DNA from: Octopus vulgaris
Taxonomy: Eukaryota
Length of the DNA: 64,000 bases
Reading direction: 5' to 3'
Assembly (NCBI GenBank): GCA_951406725.2
Contig: CATOCA020000001.1
Span: 4,340,001-4,404,000 of the forward strand
A program made the translations under genes and the position numbers. The notes beneath the pieces are model-generated. The model had not been told where the DNA came from. It saw only the letters and a list, made by a program, of their open reading frames with translations, and searched no databases. Below, piece by piece: positions 61,070 through 64,000 of the stretch (position 1 is its first letter; each line of letters begins with the position of its first letter).

Positions 61070-61404
61070 AATGTATATATATGTATATATATATATGTGT
61101 GTATGTATATATATATGTGTGTGTGTATGTATATATATGTGTGTGTGTGTATGTATATATGTATGTGTGTGTGTATGTATATATGTATGTGTGTGTATAT
61201 GTATATATATATGTGTGTGTGTATGTATATATATGTGTGTTTGTGTGTGTATGTATATATATATATGTGTGTGTGTGTAAGTATATATATATGTGTGTTT
61301 GTGTGTGTGTGTATGTTTATATATGTGTGTGTGTATGTATATATATGTGTGTGTGTATGTATATATACATATATATGTTATTATTTATTTATGTAAAGGT
61401 TTAT

Positions 61405-61435
<31 letters not shown>

Positions 61436-64000
61436 GTGCATGTATATATATGTGTGTGTGTTTTTCATGTTCGTCTCTGTTGCGTTGCATTCTTTCCTTC
61501 TGTGGCTTGCTGATTCGGAGCGGATCTCAGAATTGAACGGCCGAAATCTGCGATGAGGTATCAGTTTCTGACTGAAGAATGAAGGCTTTGAATGACCCGT
61601 TTGTCTTTTTGTTCGTCCCTTCGTGTATTTCACGTTCTTTATTTATGTAAAGGTTATGTATGTAAGTATATATATGTGTGTTTGTGTGTGTGTGTTAATG
61701 TATGTATATGTGTGTGTGTATGTATATATATATGTGTGTGTGTGTATAGATGTGTGTGTATGTATATATATATATATATATGTTATTATTTATTTATGTA
61801 AAGGTTTATTATATACATATATATATATATATGTGTGTGTATGTATATCTATATATATATGTTATTATTTATTTATCTAAAGGTTTATTATATACATATA
61901 TATATATATATGTATGTGTGTATGTATATATATGTGTGTGTGTATGTATATATATATATATATATGTTATTATTTATTTATGTAAAGGTTTATTATATAC
62001 AAATATATATATGTATGTGTGTATGTATATATATATGTGTGTGTGTGTATGTATATATATGTGTGTGTGTGTGTTTCATGTTCGTCCCTGTTGCGTTGCA
62101 TTCTTTCCTTCTGTGGCTGGCTGATTGGGAGCAGATCTCAGAATTAAACAGCCGAAATCTGCGATGAGGGATCAGTTTCTGACTGAAGAATGAAGGCTTT
62201 GAATGACCCGTTTATCTTTTTGTTCGTCCCTTCGTGTATTCCACGTTATTTATTTATGTAAAGTTTATTATATATTTCGCAGCGTACGTTCATAATAAAT
62301 TCTTTATGTTTATCATATCAAAACCCCTGCACGATGTCTTTAAACTATTTTCTTTTCTTCGCCATTGCTTCGTTGCCAAATTGTTTTGGCGCCTTTTTCT
62401 CCCAGCCTCTCTGATTCCTTCTCTCCCTCTCTCTCTTGATCACTGCTTCTTCTCTGATTCCTTCTCTCCCTCTCTCACTGTCCTCGGTCACTGCTTCTGT
62501 CCTCGCCTTTTACCCTCCTTGGTACCTTCTCTCTCTTAGCCCTTCCTCTTTCTTACCCTCTTGCGACTTGCTGAATCAGCCATTCTCTTTCCATCGGCCA
62601 CTTGTTCAACATGTGTCTTATCACCGAAAAGGTAATTATTTTTCCACGCTTGCTGATATTGTTTTTTGTGTCTCTCTTTTTGTGTTAAAGCCATAGGGCG
62701 CCTGTGTCATCCATGTTTTTAACCGTTACTGTCTCCAAAAAAGATTTTTCGTTTCATGTTCGTCTCTGTTGCGTTGCATTCTTTCCTTCTGTGGCTGGCT
62801 GATTCGGAGCGGATCTCAGAATTGAACGGCCGAAATCTGCGATGAGGTATCAGTTTCTGACTGAAGAATGAAGGCTTTCAATGACCCGTTTGTCTTTTTG
62901 TTCGTCCCTTCGTATATTTCACGTTATTTATTTATGTAAAGGTTATGTGTGTAAGTATATATATGTGTGTTTGTGTGTGTGTGTGTATGTATATATATGT
63001 GTGTGTGTGTATGTATATATATGTGTGTGTGTGCATGTATATATATGTGTGTGTGTGTATATATGTGTGTGTGTATGTATATATATATATATGTTATTAT
63101 TTATTTATGTAAAGGTTTATTATATACATATATATATATATATGTGTGTGTGTATGTATATATATATATATATATGTTATTATTTATTTATCTAAAGGTT
63201 TATTATATACATATATATATATATGTATGTGTGTATGTATATATATGTGTGTGTGTATGTATATATATATATATATGTTATTATTTATTTATGTAAAGGT
63301 TTATTATATACATATATATATATATGTATGTGTGTATGTATATATATATGTGTGTGTGTGTGTATGTATGTATATATATGTGTGTGTGTGTTTCATGTTC
63401 GTCTCTGTTGCGTTGCATTCTTTCCCTCTGTGGCTGGCTTATTCGGAGCGGATCTCAGAATTAAACAGCCGAAATCTGGGATGAGGGATCAGTTTCTGAC
63501 TGAAGAATGAAGGCTTTGAATGACCCGTTTGTCTTTTTGTTCGTCCCTTCGTGTATTTCACGTTATTTATTTATGTAAAGGTTTATTATATATTTCGCAG
63601 CGTACGTGCATAATAACTTCTTTATGTTTATCATATCAAAACCCTTCCACGATGTCTTTAAACTATTTTCTTTCCTTCGCCATTGCTTCGTTGCCAAATT
63701 GTTTTGGCATCTTTTTCACCCAGCCTCTCTGATTCCTTCTCTCCCTCTCTCTCTTGATCACTGATTCTTCTCTGATTCATTCTCTCCCTCTCTCTCTCAC
63801 GGTCACTGCTTCTGTCCTCGCCTTTTGCCCTCCTTGGTCCCTTCTATCTCTTAGCCCCTTCTCTTTCTTACCCTCTTGCGACTTGCTGCCTCAGCAATTC
63901 TCTTTCCATCGGCCACTTGTTCAACATGTGTCTTATCACCTAAAAGGTTATTATTTTTCCACGCTTGCTGATATTGTTTTTGTGTCTCTCCTTTTGTGTT
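60739..64000. repeat. Composite tandem array: a ~200-bp core repeated five times (~60790, 61460, 62073, 62750, 63390) separated by TA/TG microsatellite, with a higher-order unit restarting at ~62699
   Basis: Direct alignment; segment 62280-62690 recurs at 63597-64000; a diverged relative of the core lies at ~23940-24150. Confidence 0.85.

Overview
Repeat-dense, AT-rich eukaryotic DNA. The SINE families and long (TA)n/(CA)n/(CATA)n tracts resemble an octopus (coleoid cephalopod) genome; this is inferred, not verified. Most ORF-track entries are microsatellite or SINE artefacts. One host gene can be assembled by hand on the minus strand: a 3-exon, 150-aa secreted chitin-binding (CBM14/peritrophin-A) protein. 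There is also an orphan CUB-like terminal exon. The rest is mobile DNA: a Penelope-like element with an inverted pLTR, mariner and pogo/Tigger relics, MITEs, two non-autonomous Helitrons, four tRNA-derived SINE families, a CR1/L2-group LINE, and a nested cluster of three Ty3/Gypsy-type LTR elements. Four observations stand out. (1) Both LTR families have a non-canonical primer-binding site complementary to nt 1-12 (the 5' end) of tRNA-Phe rather than to a tRNA 3' end. (2) ORF1(gag)-only retroelements occur in a head-to-tail array, share their 3' tail with the commonest SINE, and carry an unrecognised C-terminal domain. (3) A ~295-bp non-coding mobile element carries a perfect type I hammerhead ribozyme. 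(4) SINE multimers always restart at one fixed internal junction.
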